Positions 53,468 through 63,838 of a stretch of 64,000 nt of DNA are shown piece by piece (position 1 is the stretch's first letter; the number at the start of each line of letters is the position of its first letter). This DNA is from an uncultured Pseudomonadota bacterium (GTDB lineage Bacteria > Oederibacteriota > Muellerivitia > Muellerivitales > Muellerivitaceae). The position numbers were made by a program, and so were the translations under genes. The notes under the pieces were generated by a model. The model was not told the DNA's origin, made no database searches, and saw nothing but the letters and a program-made list of their open reading frames with translations. Location of the stretch: assembly GCA_963843375.1 (NCBI GenBank), contig CAWJKT010000008.1:96001-160000 (forward strand), written 5' to 3'.

Positions 53468-54574
53468 TTAGGATGGTTTTTGGATGACCCCGCCACCCAC
53501 CACCGTGTCTCCCACATAAAACACTGTGGACTGACCGGGAGTGACCGCCCGCGCCGGGTCTTTCAGGACAACCCTTATCTGCTTGGGGCCTTCGGGATAA
53601 AGGACGGCGGGCTGTTCCACGGAACGATAGCGAATTTTCGCAAGGACTTCTCTGGGCTCGGTAATTGGTTCCCACGCCACCCAATTCATTTCGGCCACGT
53701 TAAATTCCTTAACAAAAGTATCCTTCTCCCGGCCCACGATCACCTTGGCGCTATCCGGCTGTAATTCCACCACGAAATAAGGTCCGTCGGAGAGGCCCAA
53801 TCCCTTACGTTGGCCGATGGTATACCCAGCAATACCTTCGTGTTGGCCCAAGACTTTGCCGTCCACGGTTACGATGTCACCGGGTATAAAGGCCCGCGGC
53901 CTGTGAATCTTGACGAAATCCCGGTAACTATTTTGGGTGACGAAACATATTTCCATGCTTTCCGGCTTTTCAGCGGTATTCAACCCCAGCATCCGGGCCT
54001 TTTCACGAACCTGGGGCTTGGTGATTTCGCCTAAAGGAAAAAGAAGATATGAAAGAAGTTTTTGGGTGAGTTTGTAAAGGACATAGCTTTGGTCCTTGTC
54101 CGGGTCTGCGGCCTTGTGGATGCGATAACGGCCTGTCATTGGGTCCTGGTCCACCTTGGCGTAATGGCCCGTAGCCATCTTTTCACAACCCAAGGTCAAA
54201 GCCTGTTGAAGTAATAGAGGGAGTTTGGCAAAGCGGTTGCACTCCACACAGGGATTGGGGGTCAAGCCTTGCTCATATTCATCGAGAAATCGGTCCACTA
54301 CATTAGCTTTAAATACATCCAACCCCTCGTTGACATAATGGGGAGCGCCTAATTTCATGGCCACGTCCCTGGCGTCCTGAATATCCTCGACGGAACAGCA
54401 TCGCTGGCCTTTGGGCTCAACGGTCTTCACCCTCACAGCCCCGTTTTCACCCGGGGTAATTTCACAAGGTAAAATTTTAAGGGTCAAACCCACCACCTCA
54501 TGGCCCTGCTCTTTCAACAGACCCAAAACGGTGGATGAATCTACCCCTCCGCTCATGGCGACCCCGATCTTCAC
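53468..54574 (-). CDS. mnmA: tRNA 2-thiouridylase MnmA
   Basis: AMSGGVDSS, TPNPCVECN, ATGHY, KDQSY, ESMEICF. Confidence 0.97.
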   Translation of the reverse strand: MKIGVAMSGGVDSSTVLGLLKEQGHEVVGLTLKILPCEITPGENGAVRVKTVEPKGQRCCSVEDIQDARDVAMKLGAPHYVNEGLDVFKANVVDRFLDEYEQGLTPNPCVECNRFAKLPLLLQQALTLGCEKMATGHYAKVDQDPMTGRYRIHKAADPDKDQSYVLYKLTQKLLSYLLFPLGEITKPQVREKARMLGLNTAEKPESMEICFVTQNSYRDFVKIHRPRAFIPGDIVTVDGKVLGQHEGIAGYTIGQRKGLGLSDGPYFVVELQPDSAKVIVGREKDTFVKEFNVAEMNWVAWEPITEPREVLAKIRYRSVEQPAVLYPEGPKQIRVVLKDPARAVTPGQSTVFYVGDTVVGGGVIQKPS

Positions 54575-55743
54575 GACTTCACCACTTCCATTAAAGCTTT
54601 CACGGTCTTCTCAATTTCCTTTTGCGTGTTGTAGTACCCAAAGCTAAACCGCACTGTCCCAATGGGGTAAGTTCCGATCGTCCGATGAGCCAAAGGTGCG
54701 CAGTGTAGTCCGATACGAGTCATGATTCCATACCTCTCATCCAGTTCATACCCAACTTCCGAGGGATCCTTTCCCTCAACATTCAAGGAAACAACCGCTA
54801 CCCTTTCCTTTGCGTCCCCGGAGGGCAGGCCATAAAGCTTAATTCCCTTTATTTTTTCGACATCCGTCAGGAATTGGGCCGTCAAAGCCTCTTCCTTTCG
54901 TCGTACCGCTTGGACACTGGTTTTGAGAAGGAAATCCACCGACGCCTTAAGCCCCGCCAAGCCCCAATAATTCTGAGTTCCGCTTTCAAACTTATCAGGC
55001 CATTGGGTGGGCTGTTCTTCCCTATCGCTGTTGGAGCCCGTGCCTCCTTCGATAAATGAATCCAGGTTATATTTGGATGAGACGACTAAGCCGCCCGTAC
55101 CCGGGGGCCCCATTAACCCCTTATGGCCAGTAAAGCACAAAAAGTCGATGTTCATGGACTTCATATCAATGGGAACGACCCCCGCGGTTTGAGCCGTATC
55201 CACCAAAAAAGCCACTCCCTTTTTGGCGCAAAGGTTCCCCACTTCTTCCACTGGATTCAAATTTCCCGTCACGTTAGAAGCATGTAGCAGGCAAACGATC
55301 TTGGTATTGGGCTTAAAGGCCTGTTCAAAATCATAAGGATTCAATCTTCCCAGGCTATTGGCAGGAACGACCGTATATTCAATGCCCCGGGAGGCCTTGA
55401 GCTTGTTCAATGGCCGGATGACCGCGTTATGCTCCATACTGGACAAAACCACATGGTCACCGCTTTTCAGGAACCCTTTCAACGCGGTGTTAATTCCCTC
55501 GGTCACGTTCTTCATATAAAGAATGCGATCGGACTTCTGAATATGAAAAAGTTGCGCCAGCGAGGCCCGAGTTTCGTATATCAGTTCATTGGCCGCTATT
55601 CCTAAACGGTAGGATCCCCGACCGTGGGAAACACCCACCTCGGTGGCAAATTGAACCAACGCTTTCAAAACTTGCGGAGGTTTTTGTCGAGTGGTCGCAG
55701 CGCTATCAAGATAGATTTCTTTTCGCTTGGTTTTCTTTTTCAT
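54571..55743 (-). CDS. cysteine desulfurase family PLP enzyme
   Basis: YLDSAAT, DTAQTAG, TGHKGLMGP, RIGLHCAP. Confidence 0.9.
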   Translation of the reverse strand: MKKKTKRKEIYLDSAATTRQKPPQVLKALVQFATEVGVSHGRGSYRLGIAANELIYETRASLAQLFHIQKSDRILYMKNVTEGINTALKGFLKSGDHVVLSSMEHNAVIRPLNKLKASRGIEYTVVPANSLGRLNPYDFEQAFKPNTKIVCLLHASNVTGNLNPVEEVGNLCAKKGVAFLVDTAQTAGVVPIDMKSMNIDFLCFTGHKGLMGPPGTGGLVVSSKYNLDSFIEGGTGSNSDREEQPTQWPDKFESGTQNYWGLAGLKASVDFLLKTSVQAVRRKEEALTAQFLTDVEKIKGIKLYGLPSGDAKERVAVVSLNVEGKDPSEVGYELDERYGIMTRIGLHCAPLAHRTIGTYPIGTVRFSFGYYNTQKEIEKTVKALMEVVKS

Positions 55744-55869
55744 AGGGATTTGATTCTAACATTAAGGGAAATCTTTTGCAGGGCAGGAACTTTCAAACAA
55801 AAAAGACGGCCAAAGACCCCTAATCGGCTATTTGTTGTCATCCACCAGATGCGAGCGGTGGGCTGGTGC

Positions 55870-56262
55870 TTAGTTTTCCTTCGCCTTCTGGATATCCACC
55901 ACTTTGTTCGCCTCTTCCATCTGGCAGTTACCCTCGAACATCGCACCATCTTCTATCACAATGACAGGAGAAGAAATATCCCCTTCCACCTGGGCCGAGC
56001 TTTGAATCTCCAAACGCTGGGTGGCGTGGATGTTACCTTTCACCTTACCGCTGATCAAGATGGATTTACCTATCAAGTTACCACGAACCATTCCCTTGTC
56101 GCCCACAATTACCCCGTCTTCACTGGTGACATTGCCATAAATTTCACCATCCACTCGGATACTATGCTTGGTATTGTAACTTCCTCGCAAAGAAGCCTCT
56201 TCACCAATCACGGTATCAACACGACCCATTGGCCTCGAATCCCCAAACCCAAATAAACCCAT
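55870..56262 (-). CDS. bactofilin
   Basis: TVIGEE, IRVDGEIYGNV, IEDGAMFEGNC. Confidence 0.9.
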   Translation of the reverse strand: MGLFGFGDSRPMGRVDTVIGEEASLRGSYNTKHSIRVDGEIYGNVTSEDGVIVGDKGMVRGNLIGKSILISGKVKGNIHATQRLEIQSSAQVEGDISSPVIVIEDGAMFEGNCQMEEANKVVDIQKAKEN

Positions 56263-56373
56263 TATCCCCTCCGGGAGTTTGAAGTTAGTATTTCCAAGTT
56301 TTAATTTTTTGAGATTTCCGGAAAATAAAAATTTTTCATCCACTAAAAAAATGTAAAATTAATTGCTTGATCG

Positions 56374-57294
56374 CTAATCGACCTTTGGCAGGTACTTTTC
56401 CGGATCGACGGGCATCCCGTGAATGCGAACCTCGTAATGGACATGGCTTCCCGTGCTACGGCCCGTTGAACCGACGTAACCGATAATCTGCCCGCGTTTG
56501 ACCTCGTCTCCGACTTTCACGTCGATGCGGGCGCAATGGCCATATCGGGTACTGTAACCATATCCGTGCTCAATAGCCACCAATCGGCCATAACCCGACT
56601 CCCAACCAGCGTAAGTCACGATGCCATCCGCCGTAGCGCGAATAGGAGTGTTCACCTCATTGGCGATATCAACCCCCATGTGGCGGCCCGGTTCACCGGT
56701 CAAAGGCGAAGCCCGTTTGCCGAAACCGGAAGTGATCCATCCCTTGATGGGCCAGATGGAGGGCGTGGCCGACAGGATGGAACGTTGTTTATCGAGGAAG
56801 ACACTGATTTCCTTGAAGCTGACTTCTTGCTGGGCGGCCTGCTGGTTGGTCAGTTTCAAATTGGCGTTCACTTTATGCATCAACTGATCGTTTTTTTCCT
56901 GGAGTAATTGGGAAAAACGGGCGGAATCCTCTTCATCCGGGCCACCCATTCCGTCAAATTCAGAAACGACATCCTTGCGATTTCCCAACTTTAAAAGTTT
57001 ACGGAACTGAGAATCCACAGCTGACATCCTGGTCAACAGGGCCCGATTGGTTTCCAATTCAGTCATAATTTCCCTCATGTTGTCTTTAAACCGCTGTTGG
57101 GTCAACTCCGCTAATTGGTAATTCACATCCCTTGCCACCGCCATGGCCGCCCAAGTTAAAAGGCCAGCGAACACCAAAATCATGGAGTGGATCATGAATA
57201 GATTGGTTTTAATTTGAGTGGGCTTACCGCCGTCATGCGGAACAATCATGAAGGTCATCTTTTTTTTAAAGTAGGTTCGAAAACGATGGGACAT
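56374..57294 (-). CDS. M23 peptidase with TM and coiled coil
   Basis: TFMIVPH, HMGVD, STGSHVHYEV. Confidence 0.92.
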   Translation of the reverse strand: MSHRFRTYFKKKMTFMIVPHDGGKPTQIKTNLFMIHSMILVFAGLLTWAAMAVARDVNYQLAELTQQRFKDNMREIMTELETNRALLTRMSAVDSQFRKLLKLGNRKDVVSEFDGMGGPDEEDSARFSQLLQEKNDQLMHKVNANLKLTNQQAAQQEVSFKEISVFLDKQRSILSATPSIWPIKGWITSGFGKRASPLTGEPGRHMGVDIANEVNTPIRATADGIVTYAGWESGYGRLVAIEHGYGYSTRYGHCARIDVKVGDEVKRGQIIGYVGSTGRSTGSHVHYEVRIHGMPVDPEKYLPKVD

Positions 57295-57524
57295 GCAAAA
57301 TAACCTTTTATTTAATGAATTTTAAAAATGATTTTATTCCAGGGTGGACAGACCCAACCGCATGTTTAAAGAATCCAGATAAGGAGCCTCATATTTGCTT
57401 TACTTAAAACGATCAACCTATTGGTTTGCTTATGCTTTTAAAATAAGGGTGCTATGGAGCCCTGTCAATTAGTAATGGGGGGTACGGGGGTTAAAAGGTT
57501 TACTTGATCTAATGCAACGGGCTG

Positions 57525-58280
57525 TTAATCCACCCTCAATCCCTCGGATTGGATGAATTTGAAAGCCTTTTCAAATACGATTCGCTTATCGTAGTCCATA
57601 GTTACCACATGGTCGGACCGATCAAGATATAGAAGGTGCTTAATGGGCGACCCCAGGGTTTGATAGATCAAATCTCCATTTATAGGTGGCACCATTGAAT
57701 CCTTGCGGCCTTGGATGATCAAGGCCGGGGCTTTAATTTGTGGCAGTTCAGCCCGAACTAGGTCCATGAATTTTTTGAGTTCGTACAGGCTTTTGGTAGC
57801 CACATAAGGATAGGTGAGATGGGGAGGCGATTGAGGGTCCAAAATCCCCCCTGTCAGGTTGGAAGTACGCCACTGGAGGAAACGGAAAAAAGCGAGGCCG
57901 TTAAACCGAAAATCGAAAATCCGGACGGGAGCCGCCATGGAGATAACACCCGCCACTTTTACCTGGGCGGCTAGGTGTAGGGCTTGATCGGCCCCCATGG
58001 AAAGCCCGCCAACGAAAATTTTGGAACAGCTTTGCTTCAGGTGATCATAAGCTTCCATGGCGCTCTGGGTCCAATCCTGCCAGACAGTCTTCGCCAGGTC
58101 TTTAGGATTGCTATCATGGCCTTTTAACCAGGGGCCCAATACCGAATAACCTTTTTCAACCAGGTAATCTGCCAAAGGTTGGACTTCCATAGGGGTTCCC
58201 GAAAGCCCATGGAGTAGTAAAATACCCGTTTCACCTTTTTTTGACTCAAACCCGATTTTCATCAACGTCCTCCGCATCAC
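57525..58280 (-). CDS. alpha/beta-hydrolase carboxylesterase
   Basis: LLHGLSG, GLSMG, D...H catalytic triad. Confidence 0.88.
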   Translation of the reverse strand: MMRRTLMKIGFESKKGETGILLLHGLSGTPMEVQPLADYLVEKGYSVLGPWLKGHDSNPKDLAKTVWQDWTQSAMEAYDHLKQSCSKIFVGGLSMGADQALHLAAQVKVAGVISMAAPVRIFDFRFNGLAFFRFLQWRTSNLTGGILDPQSPPHLTYPYVATKSLYELKKFMDLVRAELPQIKAPALIIQGRKDSMVPPINGDLIYQTLGSPIKHLLYLDRSDHVVTMDYDKRIVFEKAFKFIQSEGLRVD

Positions 58281-58368
58281 CGCTAAACACCCAGATAATA
58301 AGAAAAACCGGAATGAAAATCGAAACTTTAAAACTTTCCCGCTTCTTAGTTCCTAGCCGAGAAATTGT

Positions 58369-58977
58369 TTATGAAAATTTTACGCCGTCATGTTTTTGTA
58401 TTTCCTGGATGGTAAATAGAATTTCGTTATCCGTCGGACGATCGGTTGGGTCCTTTCCGATGTATTTATAACGAATGATCCGGTGGGGATCGATAATGAT
58501 CGTCGTGGGACGGGCGATATCGTGTTCCCCATGGCCTTTGGGATGTCGGGCTCCATAGGCATCGATCACCCTTAATTCGGTATCGGAAAGCAATGGGAAG
58601 GGAAACCTCCATTGCCCGTTGAATTGGGCCGAATCCTCAAGGCTGTCCACGCTTACCGCGACAATAGTCGTGTGAAGCGCGGTAAACCTCGCATAATCGT
58701 CTTTTAATCCCGCCAACTGTCCCTGACAGGCCCCGCACCACTGACCCCGGTAAAGAATCAGGACCAGGTACCACCCCGGATTCAGGTCGGACATTTTCAC
58801 CAACTGGCCCGTGCTGCTCATTAGGGAAAAATCATAGGCTTTATCCCCAGGTTGTAAACCTCCCGGCTTCAGCGGGACCGGGGGTTCCTGATAACCGCAA
58901 CCCGAAAACCAAACCCCTCCGACCCCGGTCAAAATAAGGACCATCAAAAGGAAACTCAATCTCCGATGAACTTTCAT
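58369..58977 (-). CDS. peroxiredoxin-like (AhpC/TSA) lipoprotein
   Basis: YRGQWCGAC, FPLLSD, ARPTT; lipobox FSGC. Confidence 0.85.
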   Translation of the reverse strand: MKVHRRLSFLLMVLILTGVGGVWFSGCGYQEPPVPLKPGGLQPGDKAYDFSLMSSTGQLVKMSDLNPGWYLVLILYRGQWCGACQGQLAGLKDDYARFTALHTTIVAVSVDSLEDSAQFNGQWRFPFPLLSDTELRVIDAYGARHPKGHGEHDIARPTTIIIDPHRIIRYKYIGKDPTDRPTDNEILFTIQEIQKHDGVKFS

Positions 58978-59047
58978 GAAACCTCTTCCACTATTCTTGA
59001 TGCTTTCAAAAGAAATAATTCAGCACCGCTAATAATTTCCCAAACAC

Positions 59048-59062
59048 GTTGACATTGTCAAC
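59048..59062. promoter_or_regulatory. palindrome containing TTGACA on both strands, between divergent genes
   Basis: GTTGACA-T-TGTCAAC. Confidence 0.5.
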
Positions 59063-59103
59063 CGCCCTTTTCAATAATACCCCACCGAGGAGACGTCTTA
59101 AAC

Positions 59104-59394
59104 ATGAAGTTTTTCCGCAAAAATCTTTTTTCATTCGCGACAGTGGCTTTCCTGTCTTTCGTTTCTGTTCTGGTGATGGAAGGAGCCCATCATCACGATA
59201 ATTTTGAAGGCCATGACGATTGCTCACTTTGTGCCTGGCAAGCCACCGGTTCAAGCGCGCCTTCCACGCCTACCCCTCCACTCCTGTTTCACTCCCTGGT
59301 TTACCTTTCTCTTTTCATCTTCACGCCAATATTTGTTTCTTCATTCAAGTCTTTTCCGTTTCTTGGCCGGGCGCCTCCTTCCATCTTCCCGTAA
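59104..59394 (+). CDS. DUF2946-like (CruR/CutF-type) leader protein
   Basis: Signal sequence, HHHD..H..CSLC, C-terminal GRAPP; upstream of the TonB receptor. Confidence 0.8.
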   Translation: MKFFRKNLFSFATVAFLSFVSVLVMEGAHHHDNFEGHDDCSLCAWQATGSSAPSTPTPPLLFHSLVYLSLFIFTPIFVSSFKSFPFLGRAPPSIFP

Positions 59395-59559
59395 TGATAA
59401 TTTCAATCCCGCAGCAACGGGGTTGAATTTCATTTTTCAGGGGGATTTTCCTTTAAGCCTCGCCCAATGGCAAAAGTCCCATCACAATTAAAATTTTTAC
59501 ATTGTTTTTAAAACTATCCACCTCGATGGAGGAATAGCTTTTCAATCCTAAAATTTATT

Positions 59560-62007
59560 ATGGAGATAAGAATGAACAAATTTCAAAAAATGCTTTTTGT
59601 TCTTTTGTTTACTGGCTTTTTAGCCGGACATGCCTTGGCCACGGTGGATGGCGCCCTCTCGGGCGCCGTTTTAGACGGTCAAGGTATTGCTGTAGCTAAT
59701 GCCAAAGTGACGATTACAGGAAATGGCATTGAAAAGGATTTAATCTCTTCGGCCACGGGGACATTCCAAGTATTTCCTCTGGCAATCGGGGATTATCAGG
59801 TCAACGTTCAGGCCGATGGATTCAGTCCCTATCAAGGGACCGTCGCGGTTTCCGGAAGTTCTTCCTCCTTGGAAGTTCGCTTGTCACCGGCAGGAGAAAT
59901 ACAAATGACGGTGAAAGCAAAGCGGCATCTTGTCACGCCCGCTCCAGAAAGTAGCAAGGAATTGGACCAGGAGGATATCCAGGAGTTACCAGGTGGTTCC
60001 ACAACCTCCCTCCCCCACCTTCTTTACACCACCAACCCGGGAATGGTGGAAGGTTCCTTTAACCAGGTCTTTACAAGGGGCAACCATGCCAACCTGCAAT
60101 ACCAGATCGACGGCATTCAACTGCCGGATTCGGTGGCCGGTTCCTTGGGAGAGGCTTTCACCCCATTGAATATCGATCACATGGAAGTTATCACTGGCGG
60201 TCTTCAACCCGAGTTCGGAACGCGTTCAGCCGGCGTCGTGAATATTGTCACAAAAGCCGGCACCACTGAGCCAGGGGGACTCTTTGGTATAGATTACGGT
60301 TCCTACAATCAAACCTCCCCTTTCCTGACTTACGGCGGATCCGACGCTTCCGGAGCTTTTCACTATTTCTTCTCGGGAAGCGGTTTCTACACTGATCGAG
60401 GGCTGGACACGCCCGAACCCGCCACAACGAATTTGCCACAGGGTTCTGATGTGGATGCCACCGGCGGGGGCGGCGAACAGGTAGTACACGATCAAAGTTA
60501 TGGTGATGGAGAATTCACCAAACTGGACTGGATCCTGGATAATGAAAACAAACTTTACTTCGTCGCTTTCAATGAACAGAAGTTTTATCAAATCCCGAAT
60601 TATCCAGCTAACTTCACTCCCAATCTTCTTTATTTCAACCCCGCTTATACGGATGGCTATGGAAACGGGCCATTCGCCTATGCCCCCTCTAGCACGAATG
60701 ACACCCAATTTGAAACGAACCAGTACGCGGAATTTTCATGGAGACATTCTTTTGGGGACGATGCATTCCTTCAGGTTTCTCCTTACTGGAAGCGGTCCAA
60801 CGTGACTTTTAACGGCGATCCGGCCAACGATCTGGCCGCAGCGTCACTGGTTCCATTGAGCGCGGGACAAACCCTTGTCGCCGATTCCTTCTCCCAAGAC
60901 CGCACCAGTAATAACGTGGGGCTCCAGGCGGACTATACCTTGCATGCGGATTCCGCAAATCTAGTAAAAGCCGGATTTCAGGGTCTTTGGACCCAGTCAT
61001 CGGGACCCGTTTCCGTCATCGACGTTACAGCCGTCGGCGGAAGTTCACCAATCACCGCCTCCAGCGGTCTGCCCAGCACGGATGTTGACAATGGATACCA
61101 GGAAGGTTTCTATCTGCAAGACGATCTAAACGTCAATTCATGGCTTGTGTTAAGCGGCGGATTGAGGATGGATCTTTACCAATTTGTGGACACTGAAGAT
61201 GGTGTCAACGATAGTTATGACCTCTTGCAACCCAGGATTGGCGCCAGTTTCCTGGCCAGCAACAACACCAAGTTTCACATATTTTATGGTAAGCAGTTTA
61301 TGCCGGCTCCACCGGAAGACCTTCGGGCTACTTTCGAAAACTTGGGCGGTACCATTGCTCCCTACGATATCAAACCCGAAATAGACGATTATTTCGAGAC
61401 CGGCATGGCCCAACAGGTATCCCAACAGTTGCTCTCTCTCAACACTTATCTCAAACTGGCTACCAATATGCTGGATGACACGCAGCTTTTGAATACCGCC
61501 ATTGCACAGCCTTATAACTTTGCCCAAGGTTACGCTTACGGGGTCGAGTTTTCGGTCAACGGAAAGATTGATAATCAATGGTCAGATTATTTTAATTATT
61601 CCTACGAGATCGCAAAAGGGGAAGGAATCAGCGGTGGGTTTTTTGCCTTTGCCCCGGGAACCACACCCCCTAATGTGTATGAATTCCTGGACCACTGCCA
61701 AATCCACACCGCTAACGTCGGATTGACTTATAACCCCGGTGATATCTGGATTACCGGAGAGGGCCTTTTTGGTGGAGGCTTAAGCACCGGCCCTACCGAT
61801 AATGAAAGACTTCCGGCCCACGCCACCATGGACGCCACCATCGGCTATGCTTTCCAGAAAAACAGCGGTTTTGATGGCACTAAGCTCAGCTTTGACGTTA
61901 TGAACATTTTTGATGACCCATATGTCATTTTCCTCGACAACGGTTACAACGGTAACCATTACGAGGCGGGCCGGGAATATATCTTCCATTTGGAGGAAAA
62001 ACTGTAA
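59560..62007 (+). CDS. TonB-dependent receptor with N-terminal carboxypeptidase-regulatory-like domain
   Basis: Plug RGNHANLQYQIDGI, EVITGG..PEFG..SAGVVNIVTK, QPRIG, NIFD. Confidence 0.9.
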   Translation: MEIRMNKFQKMLFVLLFTGFLAGHALATVDGALSGAVLDGQGIAVANAKVTITGNGIEKDLISSATGTFQVFPLAIGDYQVNVQADGFSPYQGTVAVSGSSSSLEVRLSPAGEIQMTVKAKRHLVTPAPESSKELDQEDIQELPGGSTTSLPHLLYTTNPGMVEGSFNQVFTRGNHANLQYQIDGIQLPDSVAGSLGEAFTPLNIDHMEVITGGLQPEFGTRSAGVVNIVTKAGTTEPGGLFGIDYGSYNQTSPFLTYGGSDASGAFHYFFSGSGFYTDRGLDTPEPATTNLPQGSDVDATGGGGEQVVHDQSYGDGEFTKLDWILDNENKLYFVAFNEQKFYQIPNYPANFTPNLLYFNPAYTDGYGNGPFAYAPSSTNDTQFETNQYAEFSWRHSFGDDAFLQVSPYWKRSNVTFNGDPANDLAAASLVPLSAGQTLVADSFSQDRTSNNVGLQADYTLHADSANLVKAGFQGLWTQSSGPVSVIDVTAVGGSSPITASSGLPSTDVDNGYQEGFYLQDDLNVNSWLVLSGGLRMDLYQFVDTEDGVNDSYDLLQPRIGASFLASNNTKFHIFYGKQFMPAPPEDLRATFENLGGTIAPYDIKPEIDDYFETGMAQQVSQQLLSLNTYLKLATNMLDDTQLLNTAIAQPYNFAQGYAYGVEFSVNGKIDNQWSDYFNYSYEIAKGEGISGGFFAFAPGTTPPNVYEFLDHCQIHTANVGLTYNPGDIWITGEGLFGGGLSTGPTDNERLPAHATMDATIGYAFQKNSGFDGTKLSFDVMNIFDDPYVIFLDNGYNGNHYEAGREYIFHLEEKL

Positions 62008-62112
62008 AAGTAACAAGGTGATCATCGGTTCGTCAATTTTGAACGGCCGGTGGTATACCAACTAGCCGTCTAAAATAAAGTGTAACAATCAGCAAACGAA
62101 AGGAACGACACC

Positions 62113-62748
62113 ATGGGTGGATTTTTAGAGGGTTTCAAATTTATTTTCCGGGGCGGGTTCATGATGATCCCGCTTCTGGTGTCATCTTTGATCGCTTTGA
62201 CGGTGATCATCGAACGCTGGAAAGCGCTGCATAAGCAGTTTGTGACCCCTCCCGATTTCACCCAAACGGTCCTGGAAAAGGTCCAAGAGGGTAAACCGGC
62301 GGAAGCTCTCAAGCTATGCGAGGGCAAATCCATTCCCGTGGCGGCGGTGTTAAAAGCCGGCCTGGAACATTTTAAAAACCCGACTGCGGAAATGGAAATC
62401 GCGATGAAAAACGAGGGTGAAAGCTGGGTGCCCATTCTTGAAAAAAGGGTCCATGTTTTGGACACCACCATAACCATCGCCCCTCTTATGGGACTCTTGG
62501 GCACCATTATTGGGATGATGGGTTCCTTCAAGGTGCTCACCCAAAGCGGGGTGGATGACCCTTATTCCATTACTGGCGGCATCGCCGAGGCCCTGATTGC
62601 CACGGCGACCGGGCTGGTCATCGCCCTGGTTTGCGTCATCGCCAATAACTATTTCAATTCCGACATAAAGAATTTCATTTATGAAATGGAATCGGCCGCC
62701 TCCCGTCTCATGGAAGCCCGCATGGCGTCGGAAAGGAAGAAAATCTGA
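62113..62748 (+). CDS. exbB: MotA/TolQ/ExbB protein
   Basis: APLMGLLGTIIGM, GIAEALIATATGL. Confidence 0.92.
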   Translation: MGGFLEGFKFIFRGGFMMIPLLVSSLIALTVIIERWKALHKQFVTPPDFTQTVLEKVQEGKPAEALKLCEGKSIPVAAVLKAGLEHFKNPTAEMEIAMKNEGESWVPILEKRVHVLDTTITIAPLMGLLGTIIGMMGSFKVLTQSGVDDPYSITGGIAEALIATATGLVIALVCVIANNYFNSDIKNFIYEMESAASRLMEARMASERKKI

Positions 62749-63158
62749 TGCAAATCCGCCAAAGGCCGACCAAACGGGTCCGAATTGAGATCATCCCCAT
62801 GATCGACGTTATCTTCTTTTTGCTGGTGTTCTTCATGGTGACTTCCCTGGCCATGACCCGCATCAACAGCGTCAAGGTGCTCCTTCCCAAGATGTCGGGA
62901 AAAGCGGAGAACATGAAACAAAACATCATCCTTACAGTAAAAAAAGATGGGACCCTTATGGTCAATAAAACCCAAGTGACCCTGGACACTCTGGGGTCCC
63001 AATTGACCTATCAGATGCAGTCTAATCCTCAAGACATCGTAATCGTAAACGCGGACGAAGCCGCCGGATACGGGCTTGTGGTCCAGGCCATGGACAAGGC
63101 CAAACAAGTGGGCGTGAGGAAGTTCGCATTGGTGGCCGAGGCGGATAAAGACAAATGA
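62748..63158 (+). CDS. exbD: ExbD
   Basis: IIPMIDVIFFLLVFFM. Confidence 0.93.
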   Translation: MQIRQRPTKRVRIEIIPMIDVIFFLLVFFMVTSLAMTRINSVKVLLPKMSGKAENMKQNIILTVKKDGTLMVNKTQVTLDTLGSQLTYQMQSNPQDIVIVNADEAAGYGLVVQAMDKAKQVGVRKFALVAEADKDK

Positions 63159-63757
63159 CGTACGCTGAAAACCTCTTAAAATCCAACGAAGATGAAAAGA
63201 AGCTTTTTCAAGCCGCTGGAATCGCCTTGGGCATCGAAGTTCTTTTTTTCCTCGCTTTGGGAATCGGCCATCTTCCTTTTCTGAGAAATCCATTCGATTC
63301 GGCCAACTATATTGAAGCCCAAATCGTCCAATTACCCCCCAACGCCCATTTGACTGGAGCGGAAGCCGTCAAGGATGAGGACGAGGTGGTCTTCAGCCGG
63401 AAACAAAGCCACAAGAAAAAGGTTGAGAAAAAAGAACCGCCAAAAGCCCCGGAGCAAAACCAAGTAGAGGCCGGCCCGAGTTTAGGCCCGACCCATGGCC
63501 CCGTGGCTTTTTACGCCCCGGCCCCGGTCATCCCCGCTTACCTGAGGGACCAGAACTTGAAGACCAGCGTGGTCATCGAATTTCTAATTACTGCCCAGGC
63601 CGTGGTAACCCCTCGGCTTTTGGAATCCAGCGGCAACGACGAGTTGGATGCCATCGCCCTAAAAACCGCCTCGAAGTGGCAGTTCAAACCCGCAGCCCAG
63701 GATAATGTCCCGGTGGATTCCAAAACACGCTTAAGGATCCTTTTTGAGGTCTATTAA
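63155..63757 (+). CDS. tonB: energy transducer TonB
   Basis: N-terminal TM segment; SSGNDELDAIA..WQFKPA. Confidence 0.88.
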   Translation: MTYAENLLKSNEDEKKLFQAAGIALGIEVLFFLALGIGHLPFLRNPFDSANYIEAQIVQLPPNAHLTGAEAVKDEDEVVFSRKQSHKKKVEKKEPPKAPEQNQVEAGPSLGPTHGPVAFYAPAPVIPAYLRDQNLKTSVVIEFLITAQAVVTPRLLESSGNDELDAIALKTASKWQFKPAAQDNVPVDSKTRLRILFEVY

Positions 63758-63783
63758 AAGTCCCTATTTCGGGCTTGGCCCTA

Positions 63784-63830
63784 AATAAAAAAAGCAACGT
63801 CGGTATTAAACCAACGTTGCTTTTTTTATT
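63784..63830. terminator. bidirectional terminator
   Basis: AATAAAAAAAGCAACGT...ACGTTGCTTTTTTTATT between convergent genes. Confidence 0.85.
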
Positions 63831-63838
63831 TATCTTTA

